NCBI GenBank assembly: GCA_964276515.1
Contig: OZ193909.1
Span: 11,966,001 to 12,030,000, forward strand
Direction: 5' to 3'
DNA: 64,000 nt
Origin: Gordius albopunctatus
Taxonomy: Eukaryota
This document shows, piece by piece, positions 39,533 to 53,339 of the stretch. The position numbers and the translations under genes are program-made. The notes under the pieces were generated by a model, which searched no databases, had not been told where the DNA came from, and saw only the letters and a list, made by a program, of their open reading frames with translations. Position 1 is the stretch's first letter, and every line of letters begins with the position of its first letter.

Positions 39533-39944
39533 CATGGGCGTAGCCAGCTTTCGGATCAGGGGGGGGGGGGGGGGCGAGCAAAAAAAGACCTTTTTTTGGT
39601 ATTTAACGTTAGTAATTAAAATATTTTGCTATTCTTTAGCCTCAACCCACATAAAAACTCATTATTAATCAACAGTACAGTGTACAGAGGATATGTAAAC
39701 GATGTATGAAGGAACTAACACAAACGCAACTACTAATCTCAATATTTAATTTTTATATAATTTAAATTTGCGTCAAAAGGTCGTGAAATAAAATTTTCAA
39801 CATAAAACTTAATTTCAATCAGGGGGGGGGCGAAACACTAATTTTTTCCAATTTTTACATAAATTTACATTAAAAAATAGAAAAATTCTCATTCAGGGAG
39901 GGGGCGGCCGCCCCCCCCCCCTGCCCCCCCTGCCTACGCCCATG
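39533..39944. mobile_element. hAT-type MITE
   Basis: TIR CATGGGCGTAG / CTACGCCCATG; 8-bp TSD TAATAATC. Confidence 0.9.
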
Positions 39945-40317
39945 TAATAATCTGAATACAATAATATACAGCATGTGATAAAATTACATTATTTCAATCA
40001 TTATGAAGGTGTTGAGTATTTAGGGACATTATTTTTGAAAAGAACTTTTTCAATGCCCTATAAATCCTATTGATATAAAAATTTAAGCCTATATTCTTAT
40101 CCTTTCTTTGTCCAAATACTACAACAAATATAAACATAAAGTTTTAAAACAATTTCTTTTAGATATTTTCACTCGAATCTTAACCTTAATTTTAAAGGCA
40201 AAACCGCAGTTCTATATTTTATGTTGTTGGAAGTATTCGCAGAAATTTATTTGCAAATTTTGACATCAAAAATTAATAATTGGCAAATTAATTAATAACA
40301 TAAGTAGATAGAAAATT

Positions 40318-43177
40318 ACACTACATAAGACAGTCCCAATATGTGTGCAAAAAGTGAAGGCTTAATCTCAAATAAAAACCCAGTTGACCCACTCCAAATT
40401 ATGATAGTTTTAAAATAACTCTACAACAGAGGTGCGTCCTCCATAAATGGACGCATTGCATCTCATGAATGTAGAAATGCACTAGGGTTATCGATTGACT
40501 CAAAACAAAGGGGGTTAAAATATTATTTGTGTAGAATGTGAATAACATGCTGGAGTCGTGCCTAATATAGAAGGGACTAGGTGGAATGGAACTTGCTCGG
40601 GTGTTAGGAAAGGGATACGAGTTAATTAACAGTAAGCCACCAAACGGCAGAAACAGGGTCGGCATCGTCCTAAGCGAATCGTTCAAGGACAAGGTGGTGG
40701 AAATTTAAATGATGCTCAGAAAGTTAATGTATTGCAGATCAAGGAGGCCTTTTAACGCTTATGTGCGCCTATGCTCCTATGGACATACAAGCAATACGAC
40801 AGGTAAAAAAGCTAATTATTATGGCGGACTTTAACGCTTACTTAGGGAACGATTGTCTTGAATATGAAAGAAATCATGTAGGATATTGAAGAACAAAAGT
40901 AAAGGGGAGAACTTCTTATCATATAGGCTATGGGTATGGCTTGAAAAACTAAATAAAAGGGGAGAACTTCTTACAGGATCCTAAGCATAAGACTTATCGA
41001 TCGTTAACATATATCTTCAAAAGCACGAAGATCATATTGTGATTATAAACGCGGAAAGCATGTTAGTTAAATTGCCTATCTTTAATACGGCGTAAGGATT
41101 TATGAAGGATCAAAGATCGCAAAGTAATACTATGAGAAAAAATCACCAGACAATCAAGTCTATTTGTTAAGGATATTGAAAGAAATGTGTCTCCTCAAAG
41201 AAGAAATAATTATGGACCTTTAATTAGATACGAGGTTATAAAGTAACGTGACAAACAATATATACCATTCGAAAGCCCTCACACTTTTGGGTGCCAGAAA
41301 GATGGAAGGCACATAGACCACTGTTAGACTCTAACAGAGGACATTAAGGGAATGGCTATTCATGTTCTAGAACATACCAAAGATTGAAAGAAAATTCTAT
41401 ACTGACGGTGGCATAAATCAAAAAAATTTGAAGGAGTATAAATAGGGAGGAAAAGAGAGTTGCAAACAAGGTTCTTACAATAATAGCGAAGAATTCTGCG
41501 TACACCGAGATTGCAAACAAACTGGATTATGAAGATGACAACAGGCTGATGTAAAAACAATAATAAGGGAGAAGTAATGTCGCCATGCGGGAGTCTTCAA
41601 AATAGTCAAAAACGACAATGTTCGAACATATTTTAAGCTGAAGGTGGTAATGGAAAGTACGAAAGGAAGGATGTTTTAAGTAACTTATAATATTGAAAAT
41701 TACAAAGATATCCTTACAATTATTTAGCCAAACATAAATAGTCTAACGAGGGTGAAGACAGAACACAAATGAACAAAATGCTAAAAGGAAAGGCTAATGG
41801 CCTAGATAGATTATTTATGGAAGCATGGGTCGGATACTGGGAGGAAGGAGTTACGATCATGATTTAAAATGATTTTGGGAGAAGAACGAATCTCTAATCT
41901 GGAGAGCAAGCAGGATTAAACCCTTCTTCAGAGGCAAAGGGGACCTTCACGAGTGTACCAATTACAGAGGTGTCAAAGCTGACAAATCCACAATCGAGTT
42001 TATCTTTGCACTAGACAAATAATAAATACATATGAGGAAAGGAGAAGAAACTCACTTTTAAGATGGGGTAAAAGTTAAGTGAAAGAGAAAGTGCCTTTAG
42101 CCTGGGTAGGGGAGAGAGAAAGTAACGTGCGTCTTTTGTAAAGTACAACACTTACATGTAGTCTTAATTCATTTAGAGAAAGATTATGACAGATTCCTGG
42201 CGATTTAGCATTGGTGCTTGGAAAACAAAATATCCTTGAATTATATAAAAAATATTTATGAACACTCAAATTCTTGCTTTAGAACGACGGCTGGGGACTC
42301 AAAACCTTTTCGGTTCAAAAGTGAATAACAAGGATCTGCCTAAGTTCTTTTCTAATTAATATAATTGTATACATGATAACTAAAGACATTTAAAAGCCAT
42401 CTCCTTAGAGTATGCTATATGCCGATGATTTAGTACAATGCCATGAGACAAAGGAAAAAGTTTTCAAAAACCGAAAAGTGGTCAAATTGCTTAGCTGGAT
42501 ATATTTTAAAGGTCAACAATCGAAAAACGGTATACATGGATGTGAAACTTACAGGCCTCCATTGCTAAATGCAGAATTAATGTACCAAAAAGTAGAGAGA
42601 TATACATACTTCACCTCAATACTGCATCAAGAGGAAGGTTGGGCAATCCAAGTCATTGAACATACCCAAAAAAGATACTTTAAATGGCAAAGTATATTCG
42701 GTTTCTTTTGTGACAAGACGATATCTATATGGTTAGAGAGCAAGATTTACAAATTCCATCGCAAGACCGTTGTTTCCCTATGAAAGTGAAACAAGGGCTT
42801 TAAAGGATATGGAAGAAATATTATTAGAAGCCACCGAGATGATAAGGATTCAATGAAGCTCGGGGTATCCTAAACTCGCTATATAACGAATGACTGTCTC
42901 AGATCAAAAATGGGTTTTCAATATATGGCAAACTTGAAAAACAAAAATCGGCTTATGTGGTACGGTCATATATAAAGAAAGCAGATCAATGATGTACAAA
43001 ATGTTTTGGACATGGAGGTGCTGGGGGAGGGAGAGGACTACCTCCTTAGGTGGAAAGGGCAAACGGAAAAGTTATGGGAGGTAAGAAGAAAAATCCCAAC
43101 ATGTCTCTTACCTAATTAAGATAGAAGGAAATTATCGAATCAAACCTCACGACCGTGTAAGCAAATACATGAAAAAA
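40318..43177 (+). mobile_element. old, decayed full-length RTE copy related to the 8101 element
   Basis: Collinear remnants (GGGTCGGCATCGTCCTAAGCGAATCGTTCAAGGACAAGGTGGTGG; MLYADD ORF 42412-42783; TGGTACGGTCAT). TSD AAGTAGATA(G/A)AAAATT at 40302-40317 and 43178-43193 (15/16 match). Many stops and indels. Confidence 0.88.
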
Positions 43178-44203
43178 AAGTAGATAAAAAATTAGTTATT
43201 TTCCCCAATTAGTAAATATTAAAAAAAATATTGCCTTTCTCGCTTTCATTTAAGAATGAACCTAGATCTAATAACTTTAAAACAACCTAAATTGTTTGTA
43301 CATCAAGTAATTTATCATTTTGGAAATTTAGCAGTTATTTTCTTACTACCTTTATAATTGATTACTTATACTGTTAAAATTTTTTTACATAACTAATTAA
43401 ATCATAAAGTAACTGTTCAAACATTTGAACCCGTGACACATTAGTAAAATTTAACTTCAGCTTTAGAAAATTTAAATTCCCTTGCTACACTCCGTTATTT
43501 TGTAATTTTATTTAAAATGGTCGTGATGTTGCTAAAGCAAACGCGTCCCTGTTTCCACAATGAATACAAGTTTATTATGTGTTTTACTAAAAATATAAAG
43601 TCTCCATATAATATTATTATGCTTATAAAGAGCAGACAGTTATAAATTACTGTTACCAAATATACATGTGAAATTAAGAGTTTTTTAAAGTTGTGGTATT
43701 TATGTTATAAATCTTTTTAATTGAATAAAGACAACTAATATATAAAATACTAAATCATGAATTTAGCATCTCGCTGAATAGACCAAATCCCTTAGTAAAG
43801 TAGACAACTTATTCTATTCTTTTTTATTTGACAAGGTATGGTATAGGAAAAGATTTTTTTTATATTTATGATTATAAATTATTATTAAACTATTTGCTTA
43901 TTTAATTAATTTATATTATTTTTAGGAATATTTGCACAAAATGAAAATAATAATTCAGGCCACACATTATAACCATTTATTGCAACATATATACATCGGT
44001 AGTATGTTTAAAATAAAAATATTGATGCAAATAAAGTACAATAAACATTCTGTCCAAATATATTTAATCAAAAGATCATTCAATGATATTGATACAATTT
44101 AGAGCATAAAAGCTTTTAATGAAATTGCTTAATAATTTATACACACCTAACTTTAAATTACTAATGATATTTGTTTACAAAACTCTTTTGGATCAATTAA
44201 TCA

Positions 44204-45595
44204 TCACCGCCTTCTAGTGTATTGTATTAACTTGAGGTAAGGTCCCCGAAACTTTTTGTTCATCAGGCCATACATGAAGGGGTTAATTGAAGAATTGGTT
44301 ATGCTAAGGACCGGTGCTAAGCGAAAAAACCACAAGGGAAAGTGTGTAATGTTTTCCAATATAACAGTTATGTTCCAGGGAAACCAACACAGGGTAAATG
44401 CGACGAAAAATATCAGAAGAAAAATGTTAGTTTTCTGATCCCGCCTACCCCGACGCAATACTGCTGATGTTGGAATGTTTATAAAATTCCTATTAATCAT
44501 ATTAGAATGTTGCGGAGTGATTGCCGCTATATTAAATTTTGGCTCCAGGTCAGTCTGGGTACTAGTTATAGTGTCCGGTGTAACTTTCGAACCACAAGTA
44601 AAAATGTTGTCACTTAAAAGGTGGCGCCTATTAATCATTCCTGTGGCATGTATATCAACTCGCAATTTGGATTTTCTAAAATATAAACATTAGAATATAT
44701 GAGTATGTTAAATTATCTAAATACTAATTTGGACAATATATTTGAATCAAACTTTAAAGATAATTTTTCTTTTAATCCAAATAATTGGCAATTAAATATT
44801 TTATGCCTTTGTTGTTTTTAAATTACTTTTTTATCTACCATATCATTGTTCAATTAAAAATACATTATGATATAATTTTATTGATATATCTTACCTTACT
44901 AATCTAAATATTTTATAGTAGCAATACGAGGCCGCTATCAAAGAGGGTATCATACACAACATGGATATAATAAAACCCCAACTTATCATCGTATGTCTAT
45001 AAGTGTCGCTCCAAAGACAACCCCTAAATTTGGAATGATATCCGAATGTTCCCAAATCAAAATGAGGAATTAATGGAAGCAATGTTAGCACAAGGGATAT
45101 GATCCAGGATAAAAATATCCAAAGCCATATCATTTTACGACCAAAGCAACGATGATAAGTGGCCTGAGGTTTAGCGACTAAAATGAAACGATTTATTCCT
45201 ATTAGCGCCAATGAATACAATGATTCACAAAACATGAATACATTAATGCCACCCATGATCTGACATGTCACTATTTCTTGAGAATACTTATTTTTCAGAG
45301 CTAATGATACGATGAAATACAATGGTCCTGATAATAGGCATATGCTTAAATCTGCTATGCTTAGGTTTGCTACCAATATATTGCCGACGTTTTGAAAAAG
45401 TGAATGATCGAATTTGAAAGCCAGTACAACTCCACCGTTACCTACAATACCGATCAAACACATCACTAGTATAAACCAGAAATAGTTATAAAAGGAAAAT
45501 ATTTGTTGAACGGGATATGTGCTATTGGACTTGTTGGTGTATATCGAGGATAAAGTAGTATCATTAAAATTTAAGCTAAAGTAAGCTTTAGACAT
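44204..45595 (-). CDS. class A GPCR, moody/Tre1/melatonin-receptor-like; two exons (45595-44895, 44675-44204)
   Basis: TM1 GIVGN, TM2 NLSIADL, TM3 ending INRF, TM6 CWFP, TM7 NSSINPFMY. A phase-2 GT-AG intron (44676-44894) joins LVR to KSKLRV. Confidence 0.88.
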
Positions 45596-47022
45596 TGTTT
45601 TATAATAATTGGTAGTTATGGTAAAATCCTTTGATTTAGCGGTGCAGAAAATTGAAATTTAATGTTGAATTAAACATATAAAGTACTTTAGATATTCTTA
45701 AATATAGTTGCTTCTATAAATAGGCATGTTTACCGACATGGGATGTAGATTAATAGTAATTAATGGGAAATGAGGGGGTTTAATTAAAAGTGTATTAATT
45801 TGCAAATTACAACAAAATAAATATATCTAATACTTATGGTGCATCTTATTAATAATACCTCATTGCATACTAACTCCATTAATGTGCAAATGTTCGGATC
45901 TATAATTAGATATATATATTACTTACATTAAGATAATTATATTATAGGTTCATAACCAAACGTTTTTACAATCCTAAAATTATCGAAGAGCTACAGAATA
46001 TTAAATTAAATTTTAAAGGAAAGATATGTATATATATATACTCTTAAAGCTAATTTTCATATTGCTTTAAAATAGTAGTTAAATGTTATATTCAATTTAA
46101 AAATATAAAAGTCATGTAGGTCTCAAAAAAGTATTTTTTAGTACAATTTTTAAAATTTTTGCTTAAAATTCGATTAGCTATAAATATTCACGTTTAAAAA
46201 TAATTCATTTTCAATAAAAATGCTTTTGAAATTGTTAACTCTGGAAATAGTGATGAAAAATGCGTGTAAATCAAAAAATACAAAAAGGACGCAGATGTCA
46301 ACTTTAAAATGCTAAGATTTAACTTTAAAATCATTAAATATTATAACATAAATGATTTTAAAAGCAAGTTTTTAGTAATAATTTGTAAATGCTAAACAAC
46401 CCTTAAAATTTATAGCCAGAGTAAACTTTAAGTACTTTTCATTAAACGCTAGGTTCAAAGGGGAAATAATTATGCTAGAATTTCATATGCCTAAATTTTG
46501 TTTGAAATTCCTGAAAGACAGTAGTAAAGTTGTTTGTAAAACTATATATATAAAACGAAAAGAATTTGGGAGCCAAAAATATAATAGTATCAATATGTCG
46601 TTGTTAAAAATGAAACCTAGGTTGTTGTATTAATCTTTCAAATTTTCGTTCCTATATCAATAAAAAATTTATATTATAGGTAAATCACTTCTTATTTTAT
46701 GACTTCGTTAGCCATATATTCTCTCCCTCTTGTCAATTGTGTAAGTCTCCTTATTTGTAAATATGGTTTTTTTAACCCTAACTTAATCATCTATGGTTAT
46801 CCTAAATTAAAACACCATTGTTTCATTTACTTTGAATCAATTTATAAATTTCCACATACCCGACAGGTACCAGTGTATTCTGTACTTGTCGCAAACATAG
46901 AGGTATTTCATTTAAAAAGTTACAATTTAATTACTTTATCTTTCTTGGTTCGCGAATTATTCTCGCCTACGAACCACCGTAACGCAATTCCGACCTACCT
47001 TCTTTATTTATTTATGTATACT

Positions 47023-47183
47023 CATGTGAGTAGTCAGTCAGCATTAGGAATAATGATTTAAGGAGGGGCAAAATGATCTTTATCTGAAATTTTAGCCATA
47101 ATTAAATAAAATTTCAACCAATTTTTGGATTTAAAGGGAGCAGCCGCCCCTTCCTGCCCCTCCCCTCCTTGGCTACACCCATG
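47023..47183. mobile_element. hAT-type MITE (same family as 37729)
   Basis: Ends CATGTGAGTAGTC / GGCTACACCCATG; 8-bp TSD TGTATACT. Confidence 0.8.
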
Positions 47184-49790
47184 TGTATACTTAACCATAC
47201 GTTTTTGTAATATATTAAATCTGTATAATCTCGACAATATTGTGATTTTAAATTTATTTGAATTTTACGACATTAAAATTTGCCTTAAAGTTGAACGGCA
47301 CATATAGGTTTGGGGTGAGCTTGTGTGCTTAGTGAACATTTTAAATGATTAAATTTTAAAACTATTTTAATGATTTTCTTCTTCTTCGGTAAAAGTTTAT
47401 ATAAAATAGGGGGTGGGTGTAGAATAGTCAAGAATAGCACAAATTCTGTGTCCTTGCGCTATAATAATATTCCAATAGCTGTTTGCCACACTAGTGTGGT
47501 CATTTTAGATATTTGGATGAGGGGTGTCGCTCGGGTATCCACGCCTAGCAGCTGTGTTGACGATGTGATATATTGAGATATAATAATATATTTTGGGAAA
47601 ATCATATTTTAGATTTTTTTTATTTTTGGATAAATAATATTTTTTCCCTATAGCTACACTTGGAGGTCAGCTCCTTCAGATATTTTGCCGTATTCCTGCA
47701 CTTACACTAGCTTCGCTTTAACTCTTATCTTTTCAAGTCTTTTTCGCCTACCTTCGATTTGAACTTTCCTGGTACGCTTTGTGCGGTGAATTTCTTCCCA
47801 TCTCTCAAAATGGTCATACAATCTCAAAAGAAATATGACAGACACATTATATTTATAAATGAAATTATACATCCTAACATTTTAAATATGTCTAGGATTG
47901 AAAAGGGAAAATTAAAGCCTATGAGCGGTCATTAGCTAGACTTTATGCGAAAGTAAAAAAGTGTTATACAGATGCATAAGTTTCTATAGAAATATAAAAA
48001 CCAAAGTTGGACAGGACGGACAGAACGATCCCATAAATTGCATAAAAATTAATAACGAAATAACTTCAAATATTAGACAATTCTAAACTGATCCAAACCG
48101 ACAAATTTTCCAAGGTTGGAGGTTTTCTGGATATTTTAAATGGTAGTGACAGATTTAAATATTTCAACTCATCCCATATTTTGATGGATGAATCCATGAT
48201 CCGTCCTTCATTATGGACATAAATTGCAAGGCAGTTCACAAAAGGCAAGCTCTTGATATTTGGATGTGCGGCCACTAATCTTCTTCCTTGAAACCCCCCT
48301 ACCCAGGTGCTCACATTTTTTTTCATCAAGCAAAATTAAATAGAATCAGGAGGAGCATACTTGACTTAGTTAAGAAGACTCCCTTAAAAATTTGTCCCTT
48401 ATTATTTATCTTTTTATACTTTCTTTACAATCGCTAATTTAGTAAATTGTCTTTCAGAAGTATATCAAAGCTGTGTTTAAATTGTTTCGAAAACTCATTA
48501 TTTCCTTCGAAATTCAAAATTCATGGAAAAAAGATGATTTATTTCGAAAAAGAATATTTATGAGCACCATAGTTGTAACTTCAATACACATATTACACTT
48601 ATCCCGGAAGAGAAATTTTGTCTAAAACCCAGCTATGTATAATAACTTTATTGGCGTCATAGATCGCTTTTATTAAATGTTGATGCCACAAGATAAACAT
48701 TTTAACGCAGGAAATGGTGCTTGCCATTATTTGGACTGAATGCCGATATCAAAATTTCTGGCACCTCTATTGTCTTAATTCTGCAGTTTTAAAAGAGAAA
48801 TGTCTCAAATGAAAAATACGGCCAAGTCTGAAATTAATTCCAAATCTTAGATATAAAAAGGTCAAAGAAATGAAAGAAGTATAATCAACGGGGCTGCGTA
48901 TTTATGTTCATAATGCAATGCCAGACTTCATTGTTGATCATGATTCCAAAAGAATTAAATAATGTTTTCTCTTGCCTAAGTTATTAAACTTGCGCATTTA
49001 AATGTCTCACAGTGGAACCTGAAGGTGACACCCCTTTATTTTCAAAGGTAGGCATTTTTCAAATTTTTTAAATTGTTTTGATATTTAGCGCTTATTGAGA
49101 TGCCCCAATTTTTTTTTGTAAAAATTGGTTCTGCCAAACCGTTAGTGGTACCAGTCGTGTTAAAGCTAAACGTCCTAGTGAAATTATGGCTAATATCCCG
49201 TCCTCCTCTATCATCGTCACCTATATAAAATCATCTAATTTATTGGTAAAGGAATACAAAGTATATTGATGACTTTAATTTTATGTAATAACTTCTTTTT
49301 GGTTATTAGTTAACGTTCATTCATTAAAACTTAAAATATATTTTATTTACAAACAAAAACATATTTAGGAAAACTCGGGCCAGAAAGGGAAGGGAAGGGA
49401 AGTGGGGAGAGAGGGGCAGGAGAGAAGGGGGAACGACTCATCTATACTCCGTATAAAAGTAGCACATTTTCTATGCAATTTATGGGCGAGAAAGGTGAGA
49501 AGGGGCGAGATTGCTTTAAGGGGTGGGCGTAGTAAATGCAAAATTATTAGTTAATTATTAATACAAATTTTCCATTTAATTAAAAAAAATTGGCCTCCCC
49601 GGGTATCGAACTCACTTCCAAGCGGTTTCAGTGCTAAACATGACGAAAAGCGTGACAAGACATTCGGTGCGTGACAAGACATCGGAAAATGGAAAGTGAG
49701 CCCATAAATTGCATAGCAATTAATAATAGCAGAATTAAACATAATATTTTGGGAAATTAATTGTAATTTATATAGGCCTTTAGAAGGTTT

Positions 49791-50219
49791 CATGGGCGTA
49801 GCCAGCATTTGAATTAGTATATTGTATAATTAAAATCAGCATACAAAAATATCATAAATTTTATTCGATTATATTTAAGCCCTAAACTTTGTACTATTTT
49901 AAAGTTAAAATCTGAAATGTTGATTGATTGAGCCTATACTGTAAGTAAAATAAAAATACAAAATTGCAAAACTTTAATTATGGTTACGAGATAATTTAAG
50001 TGTTTAATAAGTATACATTTACAAAAATATAGTATAGTAAGGAAAAAAGAATTCGTTATAATATATTTCAATTAAAATCCTACCCAGCATTGTAATTAAA
50101 GGGAGAAAATAATGATTGAGGGAAGGGCAAAATGATCATTATTTTTTTGGAATTTTAGCAAATTTTTGGATTTAGAGGAAAGCGACCACCCCTCTCTGCC
50201 CCCCTTGGCTATACCCATG
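49791..50219. mobile_element. hAT-type MITE (same TIR family); no TSD seen
   Basis: CATGGGCGTAGCCAG ... GGCTATACCCATG; internal TTTTTGGATTTAGAGG shared with the 37729 copy. Confidence 0.6.
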
Positions 50220-51339
50220 TATGAAATATAGGAACTTTACAACAAATGTAAAATGGGTCATATTTTAAATTATAATGAAATTGATCTAATATCCATAAAA
50301 CGTATAGCCAAATAACTATATTTAAAAAAACCAAAATTTAAGGTGAAAAAGGATATGGAAATCAATATCGAAACATAGTATCTATAAGTAAATGCTGCCA
50401 TTAATAATATTATTATTTGCTATGGGACATTTTTCTGCCCAAATTGATCCCCCGTAAATTGCATAGCACTTGATTAAAACATTTTAAATACACTTCCCCT
50501 CCCCTTCCCCCATTATACTTGTAATAGGGTGATAATAAATTCGATTTCAAAACTATCTAATCGCATAATATTTATTGATTAGAATTATCGATTTTTATCG
50601 ATAATATTAGTTATACCCATCTCGTTTCCTAGCAAGCAAGATAAAATACCGAGGGGTAGTGGGGTGTGGAGTGCTTAAATTAACCCTAAAACAGTATTTT
50701 ATTTGATTCATACATGGAGGAAAGCTAGAGTAGTGCAAAACAAATCTTTTTCCATTTTAGCATTAAAAATAAATTTTTTGAATTTAAAAAGGGGGGGGGG
50801 GCACTGCCCCACCTAATTACGCACTTGTCATAATATATCATAATGCTAGCGAATAAGATATATGTAATCGATGCACCGCTTTATAACCTTACTTAAGATC
50901 GTTTAAAATACTATTTCTAAGTTCCTGCAGATTTAAAGGAAGATTGCAAGTTGTATAAATACTCAATGTTCCCAAATAACATAGTTAATTATGTGATAAT
51001 TAACAAAATAGTCCAAAAACTCTTAATCGAAACAAATATCTTTTTTAACTAGCAAAAGTTGCTAGAATTTACGAATATATATATAATGAATTACATTAAT
51101 GTTGCAGAAATTTTCGGCCTGCCGTACTTTTAATAAATTTCAACAAATTTTTCGATTTAAAGGGGGGGGGGATGCATTTTAGAAGCATATTTTTTGATAA
51201 AGTACAAAATAAATTTTCATGGAATTTAAATCGATTTCTTATTGACACATGACAAGGAAATGAAATTTTTTTTACCATTTGTAACTAAGTTTCCTGCTCC
51301 TAAATTTCTTTTATGACTTATTAGATGCCGCCCTAATAA

Positions 51340-52060
51340 ACGAAATAAATACAATTTGGCCAATGGTCATTTTTTCCATTGGACAGTAGCCAGGACACAG
51401 TCAAAAAGGATATAAATACATACGAGTCAAAAAAAACAAAAAAAATTTAGATTCACACTTTGGCCAATGGTGATTTTTTTCCATTGGTCAGCAGCCAGCG
51501 GACGGCTAAAAAGATATATTATCAATGGTATTAACAAAAACAATAAATTAATTTGAAAAAAAAAATTCGATTTATACTTTGGCCAATGGTCATGTTTTTC
51601 ATTGGTCAGTAGCCAGGACACGGTCAAAAAGTCATATTATCAAGGGTATTAACAAGAACAATATATTAATTTAATTTTAAAAAAAATTAAAAAATTTGCC
51701 CTCTCCGGGATTCGAACCCACATCAGTAAAGGCATAGGCTTCTGTAGGGGGGAGGGCACAAGGACCCATATTACTACAGGCATAGGCCCTTGTAGGGGGG
51801 GGCATAGGTAATTATCAATGTTAACCTATACCAATTCCAAAAACGAAAAAAAAAATTTTCGAATCACAATTTGGCCAATCGTCATTTTTTTATTGGTCAG
51901 CAGCCAGCGCTTGGCCAAAAAGTCATATTATCAATGGTATTAACAAGAACAATATATTAATTTAATTTAAAAACTCTCCGGGTATCGAACCAGCAAGTCG
52001 GAACGTTGGACGGACGGACAACAAAAAGCGAGCCCATAAATTGCATAGCAAAATTAATAA
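51340..52060. repeat. internally repetitive dispersed element (possibly Helentron/HINE-like)
   Basis: TTTGGCCAAT(G/C)GT...ATTGG(T/A)CAG(C/T)AGCCAG at about 51355, 51459, 51578 and 51870. GGACGGACGGAC run near 52007. End motif CCC(A/G)TAAATTGCATA also at about 48030, 49702, 50451 and, inverted, at 49472. Confidence 0.6.
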
Positions 52061-52842
52061 ATTTATCACTGTATGAAAGAAATCATGTAAATCCAATTAA
52101 GGAATATTTATCGAGTAACTAAGACAAGCTTGCATCAATGAAGTAGTCCCTAGCGATTGACATCTACTATTTAAATATTCAAAACCTTATTGAGTTTAAT
52201 AAGCTTGGTGTTTTTGTTTCATGTGGGAACCTAAATACTTGATAAAATGACAACTAACTTAAGTTAAACTAAAATGTCATTTAATTTACCATTCCAATTT
52301 GCATAATAGGCCCTTTTTATGCATTTCCAATATTATAGTTATATATTTAAGTATGATAATTTAAATCGTAGAATTTGATAATATTCAAAAGAATAAATAA
52401 ATCACATTGATCTCTCTAAAAGTTTTGGAAAAGTAATATGATTAAAAGGAATATTTAATAGACAGACGATTAATGCAAGCATTAATGTATTTTGAATTAA
52501 CCATTAAAATGACGCTTGTACAATTAATTTTAATAGCTGCCCACTTATCGATTCTTTCCAAGGTCATGTTAATTTTTCAAAGCTAAATAACTCTTCCCAT
52601 TCTTCCGCACAATCGCATCGAAAAATTAATGATAATTCTTTATATTGAATACTCCGTTACCTCAGATATATTTTTTGCCCTCTAAATTGTGAGTTTTTAA
52701 ATTGTGTGGAAATTGGTGCTACGCCTTATCTTCTTTTTAGTATCCATATTAATGTGAATTAAGTTTACCATATATTAGATGTATTTAATAGTGACAATTA
52801 TGCCATTTATTAGGACAATCACTTTTTACCATATATATTTTT

Positions 52843-53135
52843 TTATATCAAATAGCAAAAAAATCCTATATCTTCATTTAAAGTGGGGTTAAGTCTTCTA
52901 ATAAAGAAGGACTCTAACGTCTTCCTTTCAAAATATGATTTTGTAAAAAGTAGAATTGATTGTTTGAGTTTTGACGTATGATTTTATTTTAAAATGTGGT
53001 TAGATACTCCTGTAGAAAGCTGCCAAGTGTTCTTTAAGCCTAACTCTTAAGTCTCTTTTTGTTTCCCCAATGTAAAACTGGTTGCAATCACTACAAGTAA
53101 TTTTATAGATAACGTTATTTGTCTGTAAATCGGAT
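52843..53135 (-). mobile_element. Penelope-like element fragment: GIY-YIG endonuclease (disrupted)
   Basis: Minus strand reads NNVIYKITCSDCNQFYIGETKRDLRVRLKEH and, after a frameshift, GVSNHILK*NH...RKTLESFFIRRLNPTLNEDIG, the typical PLE GIY-YIG signature. Confidence 0.9.
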
Positions 53136-53140
53136 TCATT

Positions 53141-53182
53141 TATCTGACGATGTCCTCTATGAGGACGAAATATTATATTTAC
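53141..53182 (+). ncRNA. candidate minimal hammerhead ribozyme core (Penelope pLTR type)
   Basis: CTGACGA(53144-50)-T-stem II GTCCTC/TAT/GAGGAC-GAAA(53167-70), followed by palindromic AATATT. Stem I is weak (TAT/ATA). Confidence 0.55.
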
Positions 53183-53339
53183 TACAATAATTTTTTAACA
53201 CCCTCGACAATTCCCGAAAATATATCTATGAAGAAAGAACATTAATTATGAGGGTAAAAATCTTCTTAAAGATTTTTAACTTGTTATATGATATCCTTTT
53301 AAGGTCGTTAAAGAGTATTAGAATGGAAAATGATTTGGG

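Noticed and set aside
51703..51719. tRNA gene
   Set aside because: Only a T-arm/B-box-like motif is present; I could not build a cloverleaf.
51355..51910. Spaced repeats resembling a CRISPR array
   Set aside because: Eukaryotic context, irregular spacing, spacers similar to one another and no cas genes.
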